A DNA stretch of 64,000 nt from contig CAVYBV010000003.1 in the NCBI GenBank assembly GCA_963766785.1, forward strand, positions 81,504 to 145,503, read 5' to 3'. Positions 62,595-64,000 of the stretch are shown one piece after another. The position numbers were made by a program, and so were the translations under genes. Source of the DNA: an uncultured Acidobacteriota bacterium. Lineage in GTDB: Bacteria > Acidobacteriota > Terriglobia > Terriglobales > Acidobacteriaceae. Under the pieces are notes generated by a model. The model searched no databases. It worked only from the letters and a program-made list of their open reading frames with translations, and had not been told where the DNA came from. Position 1 is the stretch's first letter, and every line of letters starts with the position of its first letter.

Positions 62595-63812
62595 ATGTCA
62601 TCCGTCATTCTTCCCTCGGCTCTCTCTGAGTCGCGGCCCGGCCGCTTCGGCATCTACGGCGGCCGCTACGTGCCGGAGACCCTCATGGCCGCTCTGGTCG
62701 AGCTTGAGCGCGAGTACGAAGCCGCAAAGGCCGACTCTGCGTTCCAGTCCGAGCTTGCGCAGCTTCTGCATAACTTCGCTGGCCGTCCCACTCCGCTCTA
62801 TTTCGCCAAGCGCCTGACGGAGCAGCTCGGCGGCGCCAGAATCTACCTCAAGCGCGAAGACCTCCTCCACACCGGCGCGCACAAAATCAACAACGCGCTC
62901 GGCCAGGGGCTGCTCGCCCGGCGCATGGGCAAGAAGCGCGTCATCGCCGAAACCGGTGCCGGCCAGCACGGCGTGGCCACGGCCACTGTCTGTGCGCTGC
63001 TCGACATGGAGTGCGTCATCTACATGGGCGACGTGGATATGGAACGCCAGGAGCTGAACGTGCTGCGCATGCGGCTGCTCGGCGCTGAAGTCCGCGGCGT
63101 CTCTTCCGGGTCGAAGACCCTCAAAGACGCCATCAGCGAGGCCATGAGGGACTGGGTCACCAACGTCCGCACCACACACTATCTTCTTGGCTCGGCGCTC
63201 GGCGCCCATCCCTACCCCACCATGGTGCGCGACTTCCACCGCTGCATCAGCCGCGAGATGAAAGAGCAGATTCTCGAAAAGGAAGGCCGCCTGCCCACCG
63301 CCATCATCGCCTGCGTCGGAGGTGGCTCCAACGCCATCGGCGCATTTTACGAATTTCTCAACGATCGCTATGTTCGCCTCATCGGCGTGGAAGCCGGGGG
63401 CCGCGGCACCGTTCTGGGCGAGCACGCCGCACGCTTTTCCGGCGGCATGCCCGGCGTTCTCCAGGGCACGTTCTCTTACGTCCTTCAGGACGAAAACGGA
63501 CAGATCGCGCAGACCCATTCCGTTTCCGCCGGACTCGACTACGCCTCCATCGGCCCCGAGCACGCTGCCCTTCACGACTCCGGCCGCGCCGAATACACCG
63601 TGCAGGACGACGCCGCTGCGCTCGACGCAGTTGTCCGCCTCGCTCGCACTGAAGGTATCCTGCCCGCGCTTGAAAGCGCGCACGCCGTAGCCGAAGCCCT
63701 GCGCATCGCGCCTTCAATGAGCCCGCGTGACATACTTGTAGTGAACCTCTCCGGACGCGGCGATAAGGACATGGGCATTCTCGCTCGTGAGCTGCACATC
63801 CAGGGGGCCTGA
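62595..63812 (+). CDS. trpB: tryptophan synthase beta chain
   Basis: 405-aa ORF. PLP-lysine motif [28 protein letters not shown]. Confidence 0.95.
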   Translation: MSSVILPSALSESRPGRFGIYGGRYVPETLMAALVELEREYEAAKADSAFQSELAQLLHNFAGRPTPLYFAKRLTEQLGGARIYLKREDLLHTGAHKINNALGQGLLARRMGKKRVIAETGAGQHGVATATVCALLDMECVIYMGDVDMERQELNVLRMRLLGAEVRGVSSGSKTLKDAISEAMRDWVTNVRTTHYLLGSALGAHPYPTMVRDFHRCISREMKEQILEKEGRLPTAIIACVGGGSNAIGAFYEFLNDRYVRLIGVEAGGRGTVLGEHAARFSGGMPGVLQGTFSYVLQDENGQIAQTHSVSAGLDYASIGPEHAALHDSGRAEYTVQDDAAALDAVVRLARTEGILPALESAHAVAEALRIAPSMSPRDILVVNLSGRGDKDMGILARELHIQGA

Positions 63813-63818
63813 ACCGCG

Positions 63819-64000
63819 ATGCCGATCGTCTTCCATCAAAAACCGGGCATGGTTGCGTACTTGACGGCCGGCGATCCTTCGCTCGACGCGACCCGCCGCA
63901 TCGCCATCGCCGCCATTGACGCGGGCGCAGACGTCATCGAACTGGGCGTCCCTTTCAGCGACCCTCTTGGTGATGGTCCCGTGATCCAGCGGGCCAGCGA
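63819..64000 (+). CDS. trpA: tryptophan synthase alpha chain (5' part; continues past the right window edge)
   Basis: ATG at 63819, 6 nt after trp[26 protein letters not shown]...[20 protein letters not shown] matches the TrpA N-terminus (PFSDPxxDGPxIQ). Confidence 0.85.
   Translation, partial: MPIVFHQKPGMVAYLTAGDPSLDATRRIAIAAIDAGADVIELGVPFSDPLGDGPVIQRAS

Noticed and set aside
62598-63683. 361-aa minus-strand ORF antisense to trpB
   Set aside because: It is a shadow ORF. trpB motifs are unambiguous on the plus strand.

Overview
High-GC (about 60-65%) chromosomal segment with about 60 protein genes, one tRNA, three pseudogene fragments and no rRNA, CRISPR array, transposase or integrase. Gene content suggests Acidobacteriota (inference only): tandem acidobacterial-type VWA proteins, a PadR plus duplicated-FtsX 'ADOP'-type permease pair, a CarboxypepD_reg-type TonB receptor and many secreted peptidases/amidases. 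Layout: 1-16 kb is housekeeping (fabI, murI, cell-wall amidase, a CysK-like/Cys-Met PLP enzyme pair, tsaB-rimI, psd-pssA, an Asd-like protein lacking the catalytic Cys). 16-27.4 kb is the most notable region. It holds a six-gene Coo/Ech-like group 4 [NiFe]-hydrogenase operon with all four Ni-Fe cysteine ligands present and genes chained by ATGA overlaps. Divergent from it is a NuoE-like / NuoF-GltD fusion / HoxU-like NAD(P)H module that has no catalytic partner of its own. 27.4-39.8 kb carries amino-sugar and GDP-mannose genes, PadR+permease, and a HicB/frameshifted-HicA module. 39.9-56.7 kb carries a TonB receptor, a two-component system, S15 and S9 peptidases, an amidase, prfA-prmC, and a sugar permease plus PfkB kinase. 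56.9-59.8 kb is a decayed peptide ABC transporter abutting a ~50% GC orphan segment and a tRNA(CAT). 59.8-64 kb is a trpC-trpF-[AAA ATPase]-[CMD]-trpB-trpA cluster. Start codons were chosen by eye (RBS, overlap geometry, family N-termini) and often differ from the longest ORF in the track. All family calls are motif and pattern recognition, not database searches.
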